NCBI RefSeq assembly: GCF_006345805.1
Contig: NC_043002.1
Location: 91,760,001-91,824,000, forward strand
Length of the DNA stretch: 64,000 nt
Source of the DNA: Octopus sinensis
Lineage: Eukaryota
Reading direction: 5' to 3'
Shown: in pieces, positions 52,900-64,000 of the stretch
Layout of the letters: each line of letters begins with the position of its first letter
How positions within the stretch are numbered: position 1 is the stretch's first letter
Translations under genes and position numbers: made by a program
The notes under the pieces: generated by a model
Told to the model about the DNA's origin: nothing
Database searches by the model: none
Seen by the model: only the letters and a program-made list of their open reading frames with translations

Positions 52900-53582
52900 G
52901 CTTGTGTGTCTGAGTTTGTCCACCTATCATCGTTTGTCATCCGATGTTGATGTGTTTATGTCCCTGTAACCTAGCGGTTCGGCAAAAATGACCGATAGAA
53001 TAAGTACTGGGCTTACAAAGAAAAAAGTCCTGGGGTCAATTTATTCGACTAAAAGTGGTGCTCCAGCATGGACACAGTTAAGCGATTGAAACAAGTAAAA
53101 GAGTAAGTATTAATTCTCCGTCTATACTTTTTTTTTATTTAGCCAAATCTGTTCTAATTTACATAGTTTATAATTCTTCTGACCACTCTTTAATTAAAAT
53201 CTAAATTTCTAATTTCTGCTTTAACTTTTAGGGCAAAACTACCCCTATTACATTTCACTCCCTTTTCTCTGTTTCTCTTTCCATTTCTTTACCCTTCCCT
53301 ACACACCATAAGGACACAACATAGGTTTGCTAGCTGGGAGACAATTTATGCTACCCTTCCATGGACCACACTACTCCCTCATCACAAACATCATAAACAT
53401 CGTCATCATTTGAATCTTGGGCAATTGTCAAGTTTTTTTTCACTTTCAGTTGTTGCTGGTGAATGTCGTCTGGTGAGCAAATACATTTTCACCCATCAGA
53501 TAAATTTCGGTAACAGCGGAACCGTTTGTACTGACCAACTACGTGCATACGCTAGGATAACCCGATTTGCTATATGTGGCCC

Positions 53583-53641
53583 CTTTCTTCTTCTTCTTCT
53601 TCTTCTTCTTCTTCTTCTTCTTCTTCTTCTTCTTCTTCTTC

Positions 53642-53673
<32 letters not shown>

Positions 53674-53762
53674 CTTCTTCTACTTCTTCTTCTTCTTTTC
53701 TTCTTCTTCTTCTTCTTCTTCTTCTTCTTCTTCTTCTTCTTCTTCTTCTTCTTCTTCTTCTT
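53583..53762. repeat. (TTC)n microsatellite
   Basis: Read directly. Confidence 0.95.
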
Positions 53763-53898
53763 CGTAAATTTTCACTGATAATTTTTGCGTAAATTGTCGT
53801 TACAAATAGACCTGGTACACAGACAATTATAACGAATCATTAAAGATGGGTTAAAAAATTTTCTTTGTTTTCTTATCATTTGTGTGTGTTTGTAAGTA

Positions 53899-53946
<48 letters not shown>

Positions 53947-54352
53947 TATACATATATATATATACATAGGCGCAGACATAGCTGTGTGTGGTAAGATACT
54001 TCTTTTCCGATCAACGCTTCCAGGTTCAATTTCACTGTGTCACACCTTGGATGTCTTCGGCTTAGGGTGGCTAAAACTTAAGTGGTAGACGGAAACCGAA
54101 AGAAGCCTGACGTATTTATATATATATATATACACACACACGTCAGACCATGGACTTATTGAGGATTCCTCTTAAATCATTTTATACTAACTTTCCCATC
54201 TACCCTTCTCATTAATTCTAATGCTGACATTCAACCGCAAGTACATCTATGTATTTATATTTATATATTTACAGGGCGGCGAGCTGGCAGAAACGTTAGC
54301 ACGCCGGGCGAAATGCTTAGCCGTATTTCGTCTGCCGTTAAGTGTTCTGGGT

Positions 54353-54452
54353 NNNNNNNNNNNNNNNNNNNNNNNNNNNNNNNNNNNNNNNNNNNNNNNN
54401 NNNNNNNNNNNNNNNNNNNNNNNNNNNNNNNNNNNNNNNNNNNNNNNNNNNN
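54353..54452. other. Assembly gap (100 N) truncating a SINE C copy at 54273-54352
   Basis: Read directly. Confidence 0.99.
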
Positions 54453-54942
54453 TGTGTGTGTGTGTGATTGAGAGAGAGAGAGGAGAAAAGAGATTGAGCA
54501 AGAGAGATGACTCACGTCTATCTTAGCTAGTGAACATATCCGCCTACCACATGAATTTATCCGTTTCTTTTATTGTGTACATAACAATTTCTCAATGAAT
54601 ATCTCTCTTTTCTCACACCCCTTCATTATTCACACCATTTTTCTAAATATTAGAAATGATGTCTATTGTACAGCAAACGAATAATATTTAGATATTTAAT
54701 GAAATGAACTGAAATAGATTCATTTATTAAATTTATACTGTTAGGAAATAGACTCCTAATGATAAGACATATAATTCGCTGAGAAGATATAATAAGACTG
54801 AAACATATATTTGGGTGTCACTCTATTTGCTAAGAATCACACGCATTCGACATAATTCTCTTCTACCTCTCTCTTCCAGATTTAGTCATTGTATTCATGG
54901 TTTCACGAACTTACAGTAGATGTCATTGATATTATTTACATA

Positions 54943-55115
54943 TAGGCGCAGGAATGGCTGTGTGGTAGGTAAATTGCTTATCAACCACATGGTTTCGGGT
55001 TCAGTCCCACAGCGTCACACCTTGGGCAAGTGTCTTCTACTATAGCCTCGGGCTGACCAAATCCTTGTGAGTGGATTCGGTAGACGGAAACTGAAAGAAA
55101 CCCGTCGCATATATG

Positions 55116-55162
<47 letters not shown>

Positions 55163-55368
55163 TGTGTTGTGTATCTGTGTTTGTCCCTCCAACATCGCTT
55201 GACAATCGATGCTGGTGTGTTTAGGTCCCCATAACTTGGCGGTTCGGCAAAAGCGGCCTATTGAATAAGTACTAGGCTTACAAAGAATAAGTCCTAGGGT
55301 CGATTTGATTCGACTAAAAGCGGTGCTCCAGCATGGTCGCAGTCAAATGACTGAAATAAGTAAGTAAA
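54943..55368 (+). mobile_element. SINE family A, full length
   Basis: Collinear with the copies at 1451 and 25958. Confidence 0.9.
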
Positions 55369-56344
55369 GAATTTGTTTGGTTCAATTATGTAATTGTCTT
55401 AATTATCCAGATAGATGGATAGTTTAAAGGAATGGTGGATTGGCTGGGTGTATGGCTGCGTGGTTGAATGGTTGGATGGATTGCGTGAGTGTAGAAATAT
55501 GTATTGATGTCCGGGTGGATGATTCTGTGTATGAATGGGAGGACGGCAGAGTGGATGAAGGGACACATGTATGGATATATGCATGTGTGCGATTATGTGT
55601 ATATTAATATATATATATATAGCTGATAGGCGCAGGGGTGACTGTGTGGTAAATTACTTGCTTACCAGCCACATGGTTCTAGGTTCGGTCCCACTGCGTG
55701 GCATCTTGGGTAAGTGTTTTCTAATAGAGACGCGGGCCGACCAAAGCCTTGTCTGGGTGGATTTGGTAAACAGAAATTGAAAGAAGCCCGCCGTGCATGT
55801 GTGTGTATGTATGTATATATTATGTATGTGTGTATGTTTATGGATGGACGGATGAGTGGTAGACTGGGAAAGCATAATGTTTGGAAGGGTGGTGGGATAG
55901 ATGGATAAATGTATGGAGGAAGGGAAGGGTGAGTAGCTTAGTGTTTTGGTGGGTGGATGAATGGACGAATGGTGGGCCGGGTGGGTGAATGGCTGAATGG
56001 GAGGGTATGCTGGGTGAGAAGATAAGCGGATGGATAGACGGATATATATATCTACAGAGAAAGAAAGAGAGAGAGATGCCCGCTTCATCGGATTATCCAG
56101 AGTTTCACGTCCGGGATCATTGGCCATCAGAGTTTGACTAGACGTATGTAAAGCTAAGCACTTCATAGATACGAAATCCTGGGCAACCCCATGAACCGGC
56201 TATAATTATCCTTCTCTATATACACTACAGCTCTATAACTTAGTGTGCTTCTCTTTCGGATTTGTCACTTACTGATGACCTATATATACTCCTTTTAATT
56301 TCAGCCCAAGGGCTGCGGCTATGCTGGGGAACTGTCGTTTGTGC

Positions 56345-56379
<35 letters not shown>

Positions 56380-56459
56380 AGAGTTTACAAAAGACGAAAA
56401 CTGGTGGTGTACAAAACACACAGATTTATTAGTATAACGCTCAGGAATAAATAAAAAGT

Positions 56460-56495
56460 CTCTTACGTTTCGAGCCTACGCTCTTCTACAGAAAG
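56460..56495 (-). ncRNA. Degenerate minimal hammerhead (A6U) in a (TA)n-flanked mini-element (about 56376-56590)
   Basis: cttt-CTGTAGA-a-gagc(gtag)gctc-GAAA-CG-TA-agag. Related to the 42622 family (shared gagc..gctcgaaacgt and tcctgagcgt). Confidence 0.5.
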
Positions 56496-57113
56496 GGACA
56501 CAGAAAAAAACAAGGAGAGAAAAAAATGTGTGTAGTGGCTAACGATCTATCATGGCGAGTAGTGGCGCATATCGATCATGGCGCATATATATATATATAT
56601 ATGTATGTATATGCGCATATAGAACCAGAAAGATAAAGCTTAGGAGGAAGAGATAGAGATAGAAAAAGGACGGAGGCAGCAATATAATTTCAGATGCAAT
56701 TAGTGAGAAAGAGAGACAATGAAAAAGAGAGAGACAGAGAAAAAGGAAGAGAGAGAAGTGTGATTCAGATAAAAAATTTAAGAGATAAAAAAAATGAAGA
56801 AAGATAGAGTTCAATTCATCAGAGTATAATTTTCCGTATTCTTTTTCTTTTCTTTTCTTTTTTCTTTTTCAAATATTATCTAGCAAGAAAAGTGAAGAGT
56901 TGTGTTATCAATTCGTTTGCCTTTTGCTTAACAACAGTAAAACTTAAGAGACATTGAACGGATATCATAGAGACAAACATCACTTGGAGCTATCTACACA
57001 GTGACACCAAGTATAGATTGAATAGACATAGAGATTTACACACGTTTCAGACGTTACTTCACAGCTGCAGACAATTCGTCAGCGACGTAAATTTTATGAG
57101 GTGAAGGGATGCG

Positions 57114-57230
<117 letters not shown>

Positions 57231-57231
57231 G

Positions 57232-57290
<59 letters not shown>

Positions 57291-57517
57291 TTCTATCTAT
57301 CTCTTTATCTATTGTATATAAATATGTGTGTGTGTCTGTGTGTATGTATATACACATCTATATCGATATTTATATATATATGTGTATATACACACACATA
57401 TATATATATATATCCATACATATATAAATCTCACCCCCTCTCTCTCCCTCTTTCTCTCTCTCTCTCTCTGTATATATACATATATATACAGACATATATA
57501 TATGTGTGTGAATAAAC

Positions 57518-57559
<42 letters not shown>

Positions 57560-57566
57560 TATATAT

Positions 57567-57616
<50 letters not shown>

Positions 57617-57663
57617 ATGTATGTATATATATATATATATAATATATATATATATATCTATAT

Positions 57664-57709
<46 letters not shown>

Positions 57710-57812
57710 CCGGAGTGAACACATAGATGTGAAACAAGGTGGAAAAAAGAGTACTCAATACCAGAGGTAGAGTAATATGCTTTATATAAAAGCAGCAGAA
57801 ACATAACAAAAG

Positions 57813-57850
57813 CTGTTACTCAGAGTTTCACGTTCCCGTTCGTCGGACAG
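57813..57850 (-). ncRNA. Minimal hammerhead variant (U4C) in a (TA)n-flanked mini-element (57708-57920)
   Basis: ctgt-CCGACGA-acg(ggaa)cgt-GAAA-ctc(t)gag-TA-acag. Confidence 0.6.
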
Positions 57851-57935
57851 TTTGGTTTTTGAAATTAGTGAAACTCTTAGTAACAGTTTTTGTTATATTT
57901 CTGTTGCTTTTAAATAAAGTATATATATATATAAT

Positions 57936-58001
<66 letters not shown>

Positions 58002-58029
58002 ATATATTATATATATATATATATATACT

Positions 58030-59205
58030 TAATAGCATCATAATTTGAAATATCTATAAAACCGTCAACAGCTTGTTTATGTTTACGATTTTTGTTTTAT
58101 TATTAGTGTTGCTTAATATGGTTTTCTAAAATTGCTGTTTCTTTTCATATATCAGAAAAAGGTAATTAAAATTCATTAAAATGACAGATCTATCGGACTT
58201 TTAAAGAGGTCAAATTGTTTTTGCTCCTATTGTAGGCGCTAGCATAACAAAAACAGCCGAAATGTTTGGTGTATCAAAAAGTAATGCCTCGAAAGTAATG
58301 ACAGCCTTTGAGAAAGAGGGAAAACCTCCTCGTCGAAACAAAACTCCGGAAGAAAATCAAGTTTCAGATAGGCACAGTTGGACACTTACGCGAGTTCTTA
58401 GAAAGGATCACAAAAGTGCAGCTCCCAAAATTACTGCAGGGCTTAATGACCACCTCGAGAACTCAGTTTCCACAAAAACTATTCTCCGGGAGCTGCATCA
58501 AACCGGATTTCACGGGAGGGCTGCAATCAGAAAGCCACTAGTTTCAAAAACAAACATTGCAACGCGTTTAAAGTGGAGTAAAAACCTACAGAGTTGGTCC
58601 CTAGAGCAGTGGAAGAATGTCGTTTTCTCGGACGAGTCATCATTTACTTTATTTCCTCCCACCGTTCGAATATACGTCTGGAGACTGCCAAAAGAAGCAT
58701 TTGACCAAGACTGCCTTCTTTCAACTGTTAACATGGAGGAGGTTCTGTGATGATCTGGGAGTCTATATCTTGGAAATCCGCAGGCTCAATTGGTTTCCCT
58801 TCATGGCAGAATTAATAGTCAAGACTATTTAAGCATTTTATCTGATCAAATTCATCTTATGTTTACGGAACTGTTTCCGAAGGGAAGCGCAATCTTTCAG
58901 GATGATAATGCAGCAATTCACACAGCTAAAGTTGTTACTGACTGGCACGAGGAACATTCTAGTGAAGTTGAACATCTTATCTGGCCACCATAGTCCCCAG
59001 ATCTCAATATTATTAAACATTTATAGTGCATTTTAGAAAACAAGTAAGGAGTCGATATTCTCCACTATCCCCACTACAAGAACTTTGTACGAATCCATAC
59101 TTCATAGAATTCGAGCTGTAATTACTACCAAAGCTGGTCCTGCTCCATATTAAAATAACCTTGCTTGAAATTTTAAGGTGTTTCCATTATTTTGTCCAAC
59201 ATTTG
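58030..59205 (+). mobile_element. Tc1-family transposon relic (5' TIR lost)
   Basis: From 58181: MTDLSDF*RGQIV..FGVSKS, GRAAIRKPL, WKNVVFSDESSF, IFQDDNAAIH, WPP*SPDLNII. 3' TIR ggtgtttccattattttgtccaacatttg followed by TA. Confidence 0.92.
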
Positions 59206-59419
59206 TATATATATATATATATATGTAATTTTGAGGACTAATGGGTATATTTCAATTAGTATGTTGAGTTAAGTACATTTACAGTTTGGGCTATCCGGTG
59301 TCATCTATGGTTAGGCTGTATTTCCACTGGATCTATATCAGGAATTCCGCAGTGTTAATTCAGATAATATTAATCGGAGAATGAAGTGGAAAATGGATTT
59401 GTCATGATTCTTTATTCAA

Positions 59420-59468
59420 TACGACGATCGTTTCGACCCCACCTACGACTGTCTTTCATGAGTGGGAT
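59420..59468 (-). ncRNA. Degenerate Penelope-type hammerhead remnant
   Basis: CTCATGA-a-agac..ggtc-GAAA-cgatcg-TC, palindromic stem III ACGATCGT, AATAAA just downstream. Stem I does not pair. Confidence 0.35.
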
Positions 59469-59677
59469 GTTGTGTATCCAATTACGTTGCATCAATCAGT
59501 GTTGTCTGACAGGATGCATACATAAATTGGTGTTCCGCTAACTATTTTGAGTTCTCGCAGTCATGTTGGCTTTTGCGGGACACCACTTTATGTGGGCATG
59601 TACCTGATGTGACCCAGGCAGCGCTATTCGAGGCAGCATAATTGGGTGCATAACAATCCACCAGTGAAGGAAAGCCG

Positions 59678-60070
59678 CTAGGTAATTAAAACATTTTAAA
59701 CTTCGTATACTGGTAGAATGTGTTTATAAAACATATTTTTCTCTTGCCTTTATTGAGAAAATTCTATAGTTTGTAAGACATTTGTTGTTTTTTTTCTTCA
59801 ATTTCTGCAATTTCAATCAATCAGTGACGTCTATTTAGTTAAAAAGCATTCTGTGCCGTATGAAACAGATTGGGTTTATTTACATTCGTGAAGAAAAAAA
59901 GATACCCTTCCTCCACCCCTAACCATAACCCTAATCCTAACTAACCCTAACTAACCCTAACCCTAAAATAGATTGAAATGCAATAGATCGATTCTAGGGT
60001 CATAATTATGGGTGACAATTTCATATGACACCGCTAGTAAAAGAAACTGCCGTTCAAACCGAAAAGATCC
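59678..60070. mobile_element. Merlin-like MITE, third copy, left end missing, expanded TAACCC-like array
   Basis: Body matches 39882 and 51776. Right TIR ends aaccgaaaagatcc. Confidence 0.85.
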
Positions 60071-60477
60071 GGAAATTACATCGGCTTCGTAGATAAAAAA
60101 ATATCATAACCTGAGGAAATTATTTTTCACTTTGTGAATGGCTATGGTTAGCTTTCTGAGCTGCTAATGGGAGATACATGTACGAGAAAATTCGCCAAAA
60201 CTGCATAGATCACCGTCGCCAGTGTATATATTTATGCCCGTGTATGTGCGATTTTAAAGGAAACTGAAACGTTCACAAACAGTTATTCCGCGTTTTTCCG
60301 GAGCCGGGAAACTCTGAGTAGCTCCATCTGCCTTTCCCCCTCCCCTTCTTCTAATTTAAATACGTAATACCACTTCCTGTTGTGAATGATCTATTTTCTT
60401 CTTGATAGTCCTTCTTGATTTATATTTACACATATATATTCATAATATATATATATGTATAAATGCGTGATATATAT

Positions 60478-60533
<56 letters not shown>

Positions 60534-61443
60534 CAATATATACTCCATATGCTCATGTATATAAGAGTATATATATTATATATATATATATATATCCCTT
60601 GGTTCCGTTCTCATAATTGTTTTGCTAATCAAGTAGCAACGATACAAAGTATGTAGCCTTTAAAACGTTTTTGTGCATTTACAGAGAATACCGCACTGTC
60701 TTACACGGGATCTTGTTTTTAGGAATTTCCAATATTTCCAAACTGTAAAGTCAGTTATGTAATAACATGAAATTAATTACCCGATAGTAAGAATTCAAAT
60801 AAAGTAGCACCGAAAAGAGCTTTAATACGCTCCCAGAGAATATAAAACTTAGGAGGAAATACTAATAATGTATGTGTACTAAAATCATGAAGCATGTTAC
60901 GTAATATCAGGCTAATTAGATATGAGATAATAACAATTCGAAGTAAAAATCTCTGAAAAAAAGCTTTTATGCGTTCGCAGAGAATATTACCCTCAGCGGC
61001 GCTAGTGTTGGTGTATTCATGAATAAGGCACTAAGCGAAATAAGTGGATATATTGTGTAGGAAAATATTATTCACTTGTTTAAGCGTTGTACTGGATAAA
61101 TTGCGAAAATAACTAAAATAGCTCAAATAAGCATACTCAATTTGATTTATACGAAATAATTTACGAATATGAATCGTTTATTTCTCTTGGCTATATATAA
61201 GGATCCGTTTCAGGAGCGAATGTGTTATTTCTCTTGGATGTTTAAAAACAATATATTAGTTATATGTAGTAGATAAAAAAAATCCCTTCCAGAGGCCCTA
61301 TTATCAATTTTTTCAACAATCTAAGTATGCCACTAATTTCCCAGACACAAGTTCTACTCACGTGTTAAGTTTCATTAAAATCGATAAAACTTTGTAGGAC
61401 GAGTTACATAACAACGCCACAAACAAACATACCCACAGATTTC

Positions 61444-61533
<90 letters not shown>

Positions 61534-61579
61534 TTATATATATATGAAAGAATGGAGTTGAACGACTAGTTAACAATAT

Positions 61580-61673
61580 CCTTTATTCTCGACATATTTT
61601 TCGAAGGCTGCATATTCCTAATTCCGAAGGAATAAGGAGTACATATGCAGATTTCTCATCAGGAAAATCAAGG
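61580..61673 (-). ncRNA. Type I hammerhead, left-arm copy (stem III C15.2A)
   Basis: ccttgattttc-CTGATGA-gaa..ttc-GAAA-aatatg-TC-gagaataaagg. Confidence 0.7.
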
Positions 61674-61739
61674 AACTTATGTCGACTTATGAGAGCGGTC
61701 AGCTAATGTTTTTTGTGCATTTTAATGTCGACATAAGTT

Positions 61740-61833
61740 CCTTGATTTTCCTGATGAGAATCTGCATAATGTACTCCTTATTCCTTCGGAATTAGGAATA
61801 TGCAGCCTTCGAAACATATGTCGAGAATAAAGG
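61740..61833 (+). ncRNA. Type I hammerhead ribozyme, intact core, right-arm copy
   Basis: ccttgattttc-CTGATGA-gaa/ttc, ctgcat/atgcag, tattcct/aggaata stem II-GAAA-catatg-TC-gagaataaagg. Stem I pairs 10 of 11, palindromic stem III ACATATGT, GUC site at 61822. Confidence 0.88.
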
Positions 61834-62206
61834 ATATTTGTTAACTAGTCGTTCAACTCCATTCTTTCATATACTTATAATTTTAAAATAAACATACAAA
61901 TTTCCGCACGAAGACACGTAGTCTATGCCCTAGGGACGTAGCTTCAACCGTGTTCTTTCTGATGTGAATTTGCTACCCAGGTATCGGTTATCTTTCGAAT
62001 TATCCTTAATAAGATAATTCATTCAACTACTCAAATATATATATATGTAAATACATATATACATATGTGTGTGTATATATATATATATAAACATTCACTC
62101 GTATACATAAATTCATAATACATACACTGTCATTTATACTCATAAAAAGGCATGTACATACAAATATATATATATATATACATCAGACACATACACACAT
62201 ATATAC

Positions 62207-62237
<31 letters not shown>

Positions 62238-62298
62238 GACAGACAGACAGACAGAGACAGACAGACAGAAAGACAGATAAATAGACAGACAAGGAGAC

Positions 62299-62379
<81 letters not shown>

Positions 62380-62539
62380 CATGTACATGAACACGTGTAT
62401 ACGTAATATACCTCTATTCAAATTAGTGCAGCTTGGGTAATTTTTCTTTTCGCTATGTTTGGCTGAACACACACGACTGGAGAGTTAGTTTGCTCACCAA
62501 TTTTATGTTGATTTGTTCATATCTTCTAACAACTCATAG

Positions 62540-62683
62540 TGTCCTGGTAGAAGAAGCGTCGTCAAAATTGTTAATTTGACGATGTTGACTCAGCTTTCCG
62601 TATTATTTATGGCTATCTTTGGAGCAATAGACGTATTATTGTGGTATTATGGTCGTGCTTCTGTTGTACAGTATTGGAATAAA
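62540..62683 (+). CDS. Candidate coding exon with a transmembrane anchor (CPGRRSVVKIVNLT-MLTQLSVLFMAIFGAIDVLLWYYGRASVVQYWNK)
   Basis: Branch-like ctaac and acceptor tcatag|, donor AAA|gtgagt, 144 nt, only one frame open, balanced base composition. The tail LLWYYG..YWNK resembles CYP3-clan P450 N-terminal anchors (inference). Confidence 0.5.
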
Positions 62684-62971
62684 GTGAGTAAAATGTATTA
62701 AAACAGACATTCGCTGAAGAAATTAGTCGGGAATTTAGTTATATAGCTTTGCAAGTTTATTAGTATTAGAAAATGTGATAGAGAGCGGTGGACGCAAAGA
62801 GAAGATATGATGAAGAAAGTGAGAGGGAAGGAGGACAGATGAACAGACCCGGAGATAGAGAGAGAGAAAGAGAGGAGGGAGAGTGAAGGAAGGAGAAACG
62901 TACGGGTAGAAGAATGAAAATGGGAGGATAATAAGGACAGACGTAAAGGAGAGTAAAGTGAGGCAAGACAG

Positions 62972-63031
<60 letters not shown>

Positions 63032-63337
63032 CGACAGAAAAAGGGGAGAGGTGGAGAGATGGAATCAAACGTTATTTTCCTAAATGTTCATGAATGATTT
63101 TAAAGAGAAATGACTGATTAACCGTCATGTTTAAGAAGTTTGCTTCGAAACCACATTACGTGTGTGAGTGTATATATATGTGTGTGTGTGTGTATGTATG
63201 TGTGTGTATGTATGTGTGTGTGTGTGTGTGTAGAAAGTTGAAAAAGAACACACGAGTTGATATGTATAAGGAAAAAGTCAAGGTAGAATATGCTAAAATA
63301 ATTTTATCATAAAAAACATTTTAGTACTGGTTTCAGT

Positions 63338-63375
<38 letters not shown>

Positions 63376-63434
63376 GGTGTGTATCTATGTACATGTTTAG
63401 TGTATGTGTGTGTGTATAAGCATATGCATACAAT

Positions 63435-63490
63435 TATACATACGCTAGCGTTTGTGCGGAGGCGGGCGGTGACGCACATGCGCAGTTTAT
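63435..63490. promoter_or_regulatory. CpG-rich patch with GC-box-, CRE-half- and NRF1-like motifs
   Basis: gcggaggcgggcggtgacgcacatgcgcag in otherwise AT-rich DNA. Confidence 0.25.
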
Positions 63491-64000
63491 CTAAACTGAA
63501 TTCTACTTATTCCAATTTGAGTTTTCCTGTGATACCGGTCATCAAATGAACTTTATCTTTCCCCGTATTTCAAGAGGTCTCGTTATTTTGTATACGGGTA
63601 GTACGTTTTTTGTTTTTTTTTACATTGGCCAGTTTGAAATGTTGCTATATTAAAGTGAAGACATACATCGTTGTTATCGTTTCGTCTGTTCTGTTTTCAT
63701 TTATCGATTTCATTATTATATCAGGGTTTTCATATATTTTAATTTACCATTTTTTTTTTATCATTGTGGCATTACCAATTTTACATTCGCAAATCTAGTT
63801 GTTGCTCTGGACCTACTCTATGATTTGAAAACATATCCTGTTTGCTTTAAATCGTTTATGTGAATATACAATAGAATGTATTCGAAATTTAAACAAAAAT
63901 ATCATTATATTAGCAAGAAAGCAGTTCATGAAATAGCTGATCCAAGAAGTTGATCAAAACGCAAGTATTGGAAAAATTTGCCATCATGAAAAAGACAAAC

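Larger units (their letters stand above)
61541..61872. mobile_element. Near-perfect inverted repeat (about 146-bp arms, 40-bp spacer) of a hammerhead-bearing pLTR-like unit
   Basis: 61541-61686 is the reverse complement of 61727-61872 apart from one substitution and three 1-nt indels seen by eye. Confidence 0.9.

Noticed and set aside
52200-53410. Possible LINE remnants (also 6967-7332 and 26430-27120)
   Set aside because: Manual translation gave no diagnostic motifs.
56080-56135. Fragments related to the 57813 hammerhead family (also 42930-42960)
   Set aside because: Only half motifs in permuted or deleted form, with no complete fold.
57030-57085. CTGACGA...GAAAC on the minus strand
   Set aside because: Stems I and II do not pair, so it is not counted as a hammerhead.

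Overview
Repeat-dense animal genomic DNA, almost certainly Octopus. This is inferred from the tRNA-derived SINE families and the extreme (TA)n/(TACA)n/(GATA)n load. No complete host gene is present, and nearly all ORF-track entries are translated microsatellites. The window holds four or more SINE families with swapped head and tail modules, decayed REL-endonuclease LINEs (Dong/R4-like and HERO-like), a Penelope-like element, two Tc1 relics, two Tigger/pogo relics, a non-autonomous Helitron, several MITE families and one 100-N gap. There are a few candidate spliced exons; the best is 62540-62683, which encodes a membrane anchor. The most striking signal is a set of about 11 type I hammerhead ribozyme motifs found by eye. 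Three have an intact catalytic core (16015, 46713, 61740) and the rest carry one or two substitutions. Most have a palindromic stem III and an AATAAA just downstream, and about half sit in 200-650 bp mini-elements embedded in (TA)n. These include a 511-bp unit with a 139-bp terminal redundancy and two inverted-repeat arrangements. The pattern fits Penelope pLTR or retrozyme-like small mobile RNAs. All folds were read by eye and need computational and experimental confirmation.
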